From the human T2T-CHM13v2.0 reference genome, Homo sapiens: a stretch of DNA of 64,000 bases. Shown piece by piece: positions 53,501 to 64,000 of this stretch (positions within the stretch are counted from its first letter, which is position 1; each line of letters starts with the position of its first letter). The notes below the pieces were generated by a model. The model was not told the DNA's origin. It did no database searches and worked only from the letters and a program-made list of their open reading frames with translations. The translations under genes and the position numbers were made by a program. Location: NCBI RefSeq assembly GCF_009914755.1, contig NC_060937.1; one strand, written 5' to 3'.

Positions 53501-54009
53501 TGAGGCTTCTCTGGGGAAGTGACATTAGGCTGTGATCTGGATGATGAGGGGGAGTCACTAGAAGAGAAAAGGGAGTGATGTGTGCCCAAAGGAGGCAAGG
53601 GTCTAAGTCATCGAGGGACAGTAGGCACATGAAGGATGTTGGGTATCATTCTATGGTCAATGAGCTGGAAAGTGACTTGATCAGCGTGGCCTTTTGTATT
53701 CAGAGTTCAACAAAACATGAAAGAAATCACTCTTGCTTTTTTGAGAAGAAAAGCACCTAATACAGAGAATTATCTGCTCACAAGTCATTAGATGGGCTGG
53801 AGGAGCAGGTCATGGCCTGGGTCTTGAGGAGGAATTCGCAGAGTGTCACTGCAGAGCTCACTCACCAGGGGAGCCGTTACCTCTACTTCAGTGAGGAAGC
53901 TGGGGAATCAGAAGATGAGCTGCACCTGCTGGCCTCAGAACACAACGTACAGGCAGCAGTCCAGTGTCCACAGGCCACAGCTGCAACTACAACTGCAGAG
54001 CTACACTGC

Positions 54010-54160
54010 ACCTGCTAAACACATACCTGCTGGAGCTACGTCTGCCAGACCCACACCTGCTGAAGCCACACCTCCTAGACCCACGTCTACTGGAGCCAAA
54101 CTCGTTAGACCAACACCTGCTGGAGCCACGACCCCTAGACCCACACCTGCTGGACCCAGC
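54010..54160. repeat. 30-bp tandem repeat (~4.5 copies) within a probable MLT1-type LTR remnant
   Basis: CACACCTGCTGGAGCCACACCTCCTAGACC variants. Confidence 0.85.
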
Positions 54161-55185
54161 TGCAGAAGTGAACACCTGCCCCCTGCCACCACTCTCCCTG
54201 CCTCACTCTGCACTAGCTCAGGTCACCTACATTTGACTTAAGCAGAGCCTAAGTTGGAATCTACATTTCATGGAGTCTAGGAAATACAGTCCTCACCTTT
54301 CCAGCTTCTGCAGGAGAGAAAGGCACACTGGGAGGAGGTTGGAAAAGATGTTGAATACACCAAAGTACTGCATCCTCTTCAAAAGATCACTTTGGTTTTT
54401 CTATGGAAACTGTGTCAGAGGAAGCAAAGGTGGAGGAGGGAGTCTGGGTAGAAGACAGCTGCAATAGTCCAAGTGAGAGATGGTGGTTGGTCAGGCTGAA
54501 AGGGCAGAAGGGAGATGGAGTTGAGAGATTAAAGCTTACATCCTGAAAGTAACATTCAAAGTCCTTGCTCGGGTCTCCCAGGCCCTAGGAGACTCCTCTC
54601 CTACCTCCTCTGGCCTCATCTCACTCTTCCCTGTGAGCTCCAGCCACATTCACCCTCTTCCTGTTATTTGAAACACACAGGCTTATTCCTATTTTAGAGC
54701 TTTTGCCCAAGCTGTTTCCCCAACCTTGGCTGCACTGCCTGGAAACTTTTGCATGACTGATTCCTTCTTATCAAATCCCAGATTAAATGTTACATCCTCA
54801 AAGAGACCTCCCCTGACCACAAAATTTAAAGTAACCTCCAGCAAGTCTATACATCACACTGCCTGGTTTTTTAAGAGCACTGTATACTAAGTGATATTAT
54901 CTTATTTGCCCTCCAAGCAGAGACCCCATATGTCTGTTCATCTCTTTGTCTTCTGAGCCTAGATGAGTGCCTGGCACACAGTAGACACTCAGCAAACATT
55001 CACAGATGGCTACAGGGTGTGGGAGGTGAGAGACGAGGTGCTGAAGATGACACTCAAGTTGCTGGGCTAGACAACTGTGTGGATGATGAGGCCACAGAAA
55101 TTCCATGGAAGAATGGGGACAAATAGTGTTTGGAGAGGACAGGAATAAGGGATTTAAGTTTTTGACAAGTTAAGTTTGAAATACC

Positions 55186-55455
55186 TGTGCGGTAGTTGGA
55201 ATAACGGCCCCCAAAGATGTCCCCCTCCTACTCTCCGGAACCTGTGAATATGTCACCTTACATGGCAAAGGGGATTCTGCAGATGTGATTGAGTTTAGGT
55301 CCTTGACATGGGGCATTATCCAGGTGAGCCCAATGTAATCACAGAGTCCTTATATGAGGAGGCAGGAAACTCAGAAATAGAGAAAAGAGACGTGATGGAA
55401 GCAGGGTTGGGAGTGATGAGAGGAAGGGGCCACAAGCCAACAAATGTGGGCAGCT
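55186..55455 (+). mobile_element. MLT1C/D-type LTR 5' part
   Basis: GAATAACGGCCCCCAAAGATGTCC...GGAACCTGTGAATATGTCACCTTACATGGCAAAGGGG. Confidence 0.85.
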
Positions 55456-55697
55456 GCTGTCTCCTGTGTCTTTCCCAAAGCCTCAGAATCCTCCTCAAGT
55501 TAGTTGTGTCCGGGGACATGTGCCCAGGGATGCATGTCCATATCATAGCTGCAAGGGAAGCTCCATGACTTCCTGGCATTTCTCTGCCTCTATTTTGGGA
55601 GCAGCCTCTATTTTGGGAGCAGCCTCTCCCAGCCTGGAAGAGGCGTTCCCATACATCCTGTGCACAGGTCCTGCTGTAGCCTCAGTATTTTTCTTAC

Positions 55698-55907
55698 CTG
55701 TTCACATGAGCTTTATAGAGTAAGGATACTAACTCTTCATCTGTCATCGTGTGGCAAGTATTGTTTCATTTTTTGCTTTTTCATTTTCTTTATGCCTTTT
55801 CTGCTTTTCTGGTTTTTGCCTTTTCTGCTTTTAAGGTGTTGAATGGACTCAGTGATTCCTTAGAAGATGAAAAAAAGCTCGTCCGCTCCTCCTCCTCTCA
55901 GAAAACC
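55698..55907 (-). pseudogene. Exon (210 nt): GFLRGGGADELFFIF*GITESIQHLKSRKGKNQKSRKGIKKMKKQKMKQYL/TMTDEELVSLLYKAHVN
   Basis: TTTTTCTCAG acceptor (phase 0), CAG|GTAAGA donor (phase 2); TAA stop and frameshift. Confidence 0.8.
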
Positions 55908-56238
55908 CTGAGAAAAATCCACCTCAGGACAGGATGGGCACCTGTGCTGCGCTATACGGTACCATCCCATACTAGCGCACGACTCTACAGGATCCGTTAC
56001 TATTCTCCAAGGTCTTAATGGCTTGAGCCCATCTGGGGCAGGAGACTCAACCTCAGCTCTTGAGACGCTACTCAGTGGGAGGAACGTGGTGTTGAGAAGG
56101 ACAAGAGCTCATCAGAAGGCGGAGTACTCTGCTCTGGGGCTCAGCCCTTCCCAGTTGCCTTCTCCGCACCACCCAAGGGGATCTGCCCTCACTTCACATA
56201 GCTTTGACTTTTATGGCTATGGCTTGAATCCTTCATAC

Positions 56239-56396
56239 AGTGTTTATTCTGCCTCCGAAGTATCTGAAGGACCTTCGCATATGCCTGGTCACCTCCACAG
56301 TCTGGAAGCTCTTGGGAATAAGGATCACATCTTCTCCCTTGGGATTTCTCAACCACCTAACATCTATGAGGCTCTCCTGCAGCAGCCCTTTCGCTA
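56239..56396 (-). pseudogene. Exon (158 nt): AKGLLQESLIDVRWLRNPKGEDVILIPKSFQTVEVTRHMRRSFRYFGGRINT
   Basis: TTTTACTGCAG acceptor, GTATGA donor; fully open 52 codons; phase 1/0 matches both neighbours. Confidence 0.85.
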
Positions 56397-56681
56397 CTGC
56401 AGTAAAATCTCATGATCACCTCCCCTGCAACACATGCACACACACACGCACACGCAAACACACACAGGCACACACACGCACACACACACACGCACACACA
56501 CACACACATATGCATGCATGTTCTTTAATCTTTCAGTTGTCAGGACCTGGATGTGGGATCCAAGGGCTCTCCCCTACACCTAACCCCCTTTCAGGGCCAG
56601 ACAATTCCCACGGCCCTTTCAGAACTGGCTCAGAACATAAACCCCGCCTTTCGGGCCCACTTCTGTTCCCTGGTCCTCAAC

Positions 56682-57022
56682 CAGCACAAGATGCTTTCTT
56701 CTGTTCATCTGTCATTTTTGGCCTGTCTGAACTTTGAATGTTTGTGATTCCAGAATATTGGATGCCTGCCCGATCAATCTCAGATTTCAAATCAAAACCC
56801 ATTTTTAAATGCTTCATCACAGTTATTCCACTTCTAAACCCAAGCTTTCCCAGGTCCTTTGACATGGGAGGTGGTAACTTTTCTTAAGGGACACCGAAAA
56901 ACAGCATCTTTGAATTCCCTAAGGGGAGATCTTGACATATAAAAGGTGCTTGTTCTTTATCACGTGGTTGTTTGCAGTTAGGCCTTTGGTTAAATTTTTG
57001 AGGGTTGTTTAACAATAACCAA
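56682..57022 (-). pseudogene. Exon (341 nt): WLLLNNPQKFNQRPNCKQPRDKEQAPFICQDLPLGNSKMLFFGVP*EKLPPPMSKDLGKLGFRSGITVMKHLKMGFDLKSEIDRAGIQYSGITNIQSSDRPKMTDEQKKASCA
   Basis: Two track ORFs are in frame across one TAA; CTAAC branch point + T-tract but AA in place of AG; G|GTTGAG donor. Confidence 0.75.
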
Positions 57023-57399
57023 TTACAAAAGATAAATGAGGTTAGCACTGTTATATAAAAGGACAAGTCTCACACAGAACTGGAATCCTCTACTGTAATC
57101 TGCTTTTCTGAGCCCTGGATTCAAAGATCTGAAAGTCTTGTGGCTCCCATCATGAGAATGGGGTGTTCCAAGGCAGTCAGCCCAGCTGGTCCCATCTCAG
57201 TGAGCCGCCACCACCAATGCACTGGCTCACCAAACTCCGCCTCCTCCCCATCACCCCACCTCCTCATTAAACCAGCACCTCACCTGCACCATCGTGTCTC
57301 CTCAAGGCAGACCTGTCTCCTCTGCCCCATTCCCACCAATCGTGCCTCAGTTCCATCTCTTCTTGTCCCACTGAGATTACGATAAAGGGGCCCTGTCTC

Positions 57400-57420
57400 T
57401 CTTTGTCTCTCTGTCTCTGT

Positions 57421-57460
<40 letters not shown>
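57400..57460. repeat. (TC)n microsatellite
   Basis: Direct inspection. Confidence 0.95.
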
Positions 57461-57462
<2 letters not shown>

Positions 57463-57667
57463 TGTGTGTGTTGTTCCTGGTGGATTGCTCTATAACACAA
57501 ACCTGCTTCACATCCTCAGGAGCCCCCTAAGCACCTTCAGGATGCAAGGCTGATCCAGGGACCCCACTGGCCTCTGCCCACCCTCCCAGGTCCCCACCTC
57601 ACAAACAGCTCACAGGATGTACACGACTCGCTCCTGTTGGAGCCACACCAGCAACTCCCTCTGCTTG

Positions 57668-58020
57668 TGTTTTAAAATATAGGTCATATTATTTTTCAGG
57701 TATGGTGAAGCCAATAGATCAGGAGACAACTGCTACTGAAAAGATAGCTGTGACAGATCCCGGCGGGGTGGAGATTGGGCACGCCACGCCACACAGGAAG
57801 CACCGGGGTTGCCTGGTGGCAGAGGCAGCAGGGAATACGTGGGCCAAGAGCCTTTCCTGTGGTTTCCATGGGAAGGAATGGGTGAGGGGGAGTGAGCAGG
57901 CTCAGGATTGGCTGGCTTGAGTGATTGCAGTGAGCTCTAGGGCACAGGCGCTGTCCCCAGCTGCTCGGTGCCTGGCTCTGGGGTGATCAGGGCAGGGGAC
58001 TAAGGCCCTGGAATGGGAAA
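57668..58020 (-). mobile_element. ERVL LTR (MER74-like)
   Basis: TGTTTTAAAATATAGG...TCAGGTATGGTGAAGCCAATAGATCAGGAGAC terminus. Confidence 0.7.
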
Positions 58021-58072
58021 GCTCACACTAGCTCCTGGCCGCATCATTTGCTTTCTCTAGGAATCAGCTAAC

Positions 58073-58181
58073 CCTGGTAGGAGCAGTCCCTTCCAGGTCA
58101 GCAAGTCCCCAGATGTCAAAGCATCCAATACAGAGATTAGAAAACATAGTTCACACAGCCTAGAGCATCTTTCCTTCGGCC
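58073..58181 (-). pseudogene. Candidate upstream exon (109 nt)
   Basis: CCTTTTGCCAG acceptor, GG|GTTAGC donor; open frame PKERCSRLCELCFLISVLDALTSGDLLTWKGLLLP; correct frame ambiguous. Confidence 0.35.
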
Positions 58182-59466
58182 CTGGCAAAAGGTGGGCAGA
58201 GTGGCACAGCGGAGGCTCGGGCGGCTCCCATGGCAGGCCAGCTAGGTACCCTCTCTGAACCTTGGTTCCCCTTCTATAGAGGAGGTCCTGAGACAAGAGG
58301 AGGGGGAAGTGCCCAGCACAGTGCTTGGCACATGGCACTGAGTGAGTGCCAGTGTCCCCCCTTCCACCTGCGTCCTTCTGAGAAACAGCTGAGCTGCTCC
58401 TTCCCTGGGGATGTGCTTCTGCCCCTCGGTCTGGGTTCTTTGCTCCCCTCAGGCCCGGCGCTTGCCTCTGTTGCAGATTGAATGTGGCTGTGTGTCTGTC
58501 TATCTCCCCCACTGGACAAGGAGAGGGCAGGAACAGGTCATCCAGATCTGAATCCCAAGGGCCCATCACAGAGCCTGGCTCCTGGTTAAAGAGGCTTGCT
58601 CAGCTAACATTTGCAAATTTTCACTGTCTCCCAAAAGAATGTTACCTGTGGGCCCCCCTGGGGACAGGCCTCCTGTTTCCCCCCACCCCCACCCCCCGGG
58701 GCCTCCCTACTTTCCTCTGCGGGAAGTCACACCAAGCCATTAGCAGCGCGCCGCCTCCCGGGGCGGCACCAGCTGGAGAGGCCGCCTTTCAGCTCAGGAA
58801 TTGATTTCCCAAGCACACCCCAGCATGTGTGCACACCAGAGACGCCTGGAGTGCTCCTGCTAAGGAGGAAAGCCGCCGTGCCGCACCTGCTGGGAAACGA
58901 GGACCTTTCTTGTCACCTCTGCCTCCCCTAGCAGCATCCCAGGCGCAGACCTGGACAGCTGGCTCCCGCACCTGCCCTGGGAGTGCTCCCGGCAGCAACG
59001 GCCCATGCTTTTCCAGGCTGAAGCCAACCAGGTTTCACTGAAGATCTCAGTGCATAGAAACGGATGGCATAGCACCTAGCAAGGAAGAACTACCCCATTT
59101 TTAATAACTGCTTAATGAGAAAGTGCCATTAACTGCACATAGTCTCCGTTGGTTTAACCAGCCGAGTGCCGAGTGCTGAGTGCCGAGTGCTGAGTGCCGA
59201 GCGCTGAGTGCCGCCCAGCCCCGCCCTCCTTAGGCTTGCTTACCACTCCTCCCTGCCCCTCACCCCATGGCCAGCGCCTGGGCTGCTCTGGGGGCATTCA
59301 CAGGTGGGCTCCGGTTATGGAGAAGGCTGGTGCGGGGCTTCCAGCTCCAGGGACTTGTAGTTGTGGGGTCTTCTCTTTGCCACAGATTCCCTCCTCTGCT
59401 GTTGTGGGGCTTGTGACATTTATTCATGGGAAAGAGAGAGGAGATAGGAGGAGGTGGGGAGGGGAC

Positions 59467-59761
59467 CGTGCAGCTGCTTCTGAAATGTGTGCTCTCTGGA
59501 GGGCGAGGAGCTGGGACGGAGGGAGAGACAGCTGCCGAGACAGCAGGCGTTCTAATTCCCTGATCCCACACCTGGCTTCCCGCCACATCAGTGCCTCCGA
59601 TGCCTGGAGCCCTCGTGGGGGAGGCCACGGCAGCAAGGAGCAGGTTGGCAAAGCGACATTCATTCTGTCTTCTAAAAACACTCGTTCAGCTCTTTACATG
59701 GGCTGGACAGTGAGGATACAAAGAGCAAAAATAGATTTTCCTCACTGCACTTGGGTGCTAG
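59467..59761 (-). pseudogene. Candidate upstream exon: ...RAERVFLEDRMNVALPTCSLLPWPPPRGLQASEALMWREARCGIRELERLLSRQLSLPPSQLLALQRAHISEAAA
   Basis: TTTGACTCTTCAG acceptor; protein-like frame; 3' end uncertain (alternative donor at 59572). Confidence 0.4.
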
Positions 59762-60089
59762 CTGAAGAGTCAAATAAGTAATGATGCAAATAAAATGTGA
59801 CACAGCATGCCTGATTCAACCTGGAGGGGACAGGGAGGCTTCCTGATGGAGGTGATGCCTTACCTCAGTCTTGAAGGAGACATGCGTTAGCCACACGAAA
59901 AAGAGAGGAAGGAGAGAACTGACCATCCAAAGGAACAAGACAAAAGGATACTGCATAACAAGAAAACTACTATACCTACGCCAAATATTTACAAAGCTTA
60001 GTCTGTAGATCCAAAGCAAGTCACATCAATTATATTAAGGTGCTCCCCAATGCAAAAAACAGAACGCCCAGCTAAATGTCACTCAAACT

Positions 60090-60290
60090 GGTGCTTTTCA
60101 AACTTCAGTGTGCACGCGAATCACCAGGAATCTTGATGAAGTAAAGACTCTGATTGGGAAGACCAGGGGTGGGGCCTGAGATTTTGCACGAGTTTGTTAG
60201 AAATGCAGAATCTAATTAATAACATAATTGGCCAGTACAACTGATGATATGACTGATGTGAGCTGTGGACCACACTTTGGGAAGCAAGGA
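60090..60290. mobile_element. MER5-type DNA transposon fragment
   Basis: CTTTTCAAACTTCAGTGTGCACGCGAATCACCAGG...GGGGTGGGGCCTGAGATTTTGCA. Confidence 0.7.
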
Positions 60291-60315
60291 TCAAACATCA
60301 AGAAGTCTGATCTCT

Positions 60316-60744
<429 letters not shown>

Positions 60745-61008
60745 TCAATAATATTATTTAAAATCTTCAGGTTAAACATGTTTAGCAAGAGTACTTCAGA
60801 GGTGATACACGGCCTCGCATCAGCAGGTACATAATATCAGGTTGCCCCTGTTTCAGTGATGCTGTCTTTTGATAACTTGGTAAAGTGGTGACTGCCAAAA
60901 CTTTCCATTATAAAAATGCATTTTTCCTTTTGCAATTAGTGAGCAATTTACAGGGTGATACATTGGCATCATACAAATAGCCTCTTCTTTTCACCACGTG
61001 GTTTATAG

Positions 61009-61343
61009 CTGGGTCAGTAAAGTATTTTTGTAAAGTTCCAGATACTAGATAATTTAGGCTTTGTGGCCCATTGTCATCTCTAGCTCAGTTGCTCAAAGCT
61101 GCCATTGTAGCACAAACACAGTCATGGACAATTCGTAAATGAGTGAGCATGGCTGTGTTCCAGTAAAACCTATTTATGACACTGAAATCTGAATTTTATA
61201 TAAATATCACATGTCATGAAATATTGTGCTCCTTTTGATTTTTTCAAGTATTTGAAAATATTTTTAAAAATTTAGCTTATGGAATATACAAAAACAGGCA
61301 ATGGGCTAGATTTGACTAGTGGGCTATAGCTTGTAACCTCCTG
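61009..61343 (+). mobile_element. MER58B (hAT-Charlie)
   Basis: GAGCATGGCTGTGTTCCAGTAAAAC core; 8-bp TSD GTTTATAG on both sides. Confidence 0.9.
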
Positions 61344-61732
61344 GTTTATAGAATCATTTATGATACTTGCCTGAATCAACTGTTTTATTGAGGTTTGCAA
61401 AATGGTAATTTTCTAATTCTACCAATCTCTCCATATATATTAGCTGACATTCTTCTGTAAAGAGTTGTTCTCATCAATTAGGAAAAAGCTGCACTTTCTC
61501 CTTAAAAGGCAAGGTAAATGTCTGATTTTTTCTCTTTAATTGCAAAATTTCAGAGACAAATTAGCATAACTCATATCTCATTATGGTAGATGATATTTTC
61601 TGTCTTTCTCTCTCAATAAAACTATGGATCCATGGATTTTTATTTAATTATTTGTAGTCAATTATAGTCACTTTAATGCTTGAATTGTCCCAAGTATGGC
61701 CAGTAGGAGACCCGTCAAGTTGGCTCTGTGTC

Positions 61733-62014
61733 TTTTATTTTATTTTATTTTATTTTATTTTGAGACAGTCACCCAGGCTGGAGTGCAGTGGTGCAATCTC
61801 AGCTCACTGCAACTTCCACCTCCCAAGTTCAAGCGATCCTCCACCTCAGCCTCCCGAGTAGCTGGAATTACAGGCATGTGCCACCAGGCCTGACTAATTT
61901 TTGTATTTTTGGTAGAGATGGGGTTTCACCATGTAGGCCAGGCTGGTCTCAAACTCCTGGCCCGTCTCAGCCTCCCAAAGTGCTGGGATTATAGGCATAA
62001 GCCACTACACTGGC
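61733..62014 (-). mobile_element. AluS
   Basis: Antisense dimer; TSD TGGCTCTGT. Confidence 0.92.
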
Positions 62015-62341
62015 TGGCTCTGTCTTTTTCATGCAGCCCATTGATCTCTGATAGCTTCCTTGCTTTTTGGCCCATGAAACCAGAATCATTTTATACTTTC
62101 TCTGGCTAGATCTGGAGACAGTCATTTCTCCAAAAGCCCTGGTTCCTAGGTGAGGAACAATATTACACTTACTATACAAAATCGCTGACATTCAGCCATC
62201 TTTGACATACAAAAATAGTAATCTTTGTAGTAATGTTTCAACCTAAAACAAGAAACCAAGGCCCAGATTCTAAGCATGCTCCTTACCACAGTCATGTCAC
62301 TATGTCTAGCTCTTTCAGTGGATGGAGCTAGGAAATACAAG

Positions 62342-62672
<331 letters not shown>

Positions 62673-62861
62673 TGACATCAGTATTATCAACTCAACATGA
62701 GAGGTTTGTTTTCTTCTTTAATGTTATATTTATATCTCGCTTTTCTTACCTTGAAAACCCTGGTTCATATTATATCAACAAATTTACCTATTTATTTTAT
62801 CTTACAATATACGTTCATCTCAAAATTACTATAATATTACTACAATTAATAAAACTGAACA

Positions 62862-63342
<481 letters not shown>

Positions 63343-63449
63343 TCACTCTGAAATTTATATGAAAGAATAAGGGTGTGCAAGTAGCAAGTTACATTTGAAA
63401 ACGAAGAGAGAGACAGAGAGCATATTAATATATCAGATTTTCCAGTTAC

Positions 63450-63566
63450 CGTTACTGTGTAAAGAATTACCCAAAGGCTTTCCTGTGTGAAATACAAGGT
63501 GGAAAAGTTCAGTTTTATTCATCAATGGCTTATGATAAAGACATGTCTGATAGGCAGACAAGTCAG
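63450..63566 (-). pseudogene. Candidate upstream exon (117 nt): DLSAYQTCLYHKPLMNKTELFHLVFHTGKPLGNSLHSN
   Basis: AAG acceptor, CG|GTAACT donor; open in phase 1. Confidence 0.35.
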
Positions 63567-63817
63567 CTTGTTTGTTTCAAAGGGTAGATAGGAGATAATT
63601 ATTTTATCATATGAAATGTTGGAGGGGAAGTGATAGGAAAGTTTGCCTTATCACACAATCCTCCTAACAATTTGATGAGGTAGGTACATTTATCTCTAGT
63701 TTACAGAAGGAGAAACTGGGAGAGATTAAGGACCTTGATCACAATTCAGACTCTTGGCCTGGCTGATTCCAGTGCCAAATAATGTATATTTTACCCCAAA
63801 CAAGGCAATCTACATAC

Positions 63818-63974
63818 CTGCATTGACCGTTCAACGCATTGACCTTTCAACCGGCCCCACTCTGCTGTCAGGTGCACTGGGCTGTGAGCTGAACTAGGCA
63901 TGCTCAGGGGCTAGGCTGTTACCCCTCAGGGCTTCTGTGTCTCTCTAGTCATGCTGTGTACTGGGGTCCACCAG
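63818..63974 (-). pseudogene. Weak candidate upstream exon
   Basis: CAG|GTATGT donor, pyrimidine-rich AAG acceptor, internal 16-nt tandem duplication. Confidence 0.3.
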
Positions 63975-64000
63975 CTTGACAAGCAGCAAGCAGAAATGAA

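Noticed and set aside
54010-54160. CRISPR-like ~30-bp periodicity
   Set aside because: Units are contiguous tandem copies with no unique spacers and no cas genes; eukaryotic DNA
55860-55907. RGGGADELF resembling a GGDEF motif
   Set aside because: Only a superficial five-residue resemblance, with no supporting domain context
59161-59209. Metal-response-element array
   Set aside because: The reverse strand reads RGCACTC, lacking the T of the TGCRCNC core

Overview
Primate (human-like) genomic DNA, repeat-rich: about 28 Alu/FLAM/FAM copies, L1, L2, MIR, MER20, MER58B, MER5, MLT1 and MER74-like LTRs, microsatellites and a G-rich VNTR. I found no intact protein-coding gene, RNA gene or CRISPR array; most ORF-track entries are repeat-derived or chance. 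The main result of reading the minus strand is a large, multi-exon, disabled gene. At least 15 exons between 57022 and 35495 (about 3.6 kb, about 1,200 codons) splice into one protein-like reading frame that carries many premature stops (mostly TGA) and frameshifts. Weaker candidate exons extend it towards about 28-31 kb and towards the right window edge. I cannot identify the protein family; a unitary pseudogene is the likely interpretation. Also present: an RPS21 processed pseudogene (29641-29870), two collinear ancient paralogous AT-rich elements (about 870-1150 and 4440-4715; possibly MER121), candidate developmental-enhancer motif clusters, and several local template-switch or duplication structures. 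Repeat subfamily names come from recalled consensus sequences and need RepeatMasker/Dfam confirmation. The chromosomal locus was not determined.
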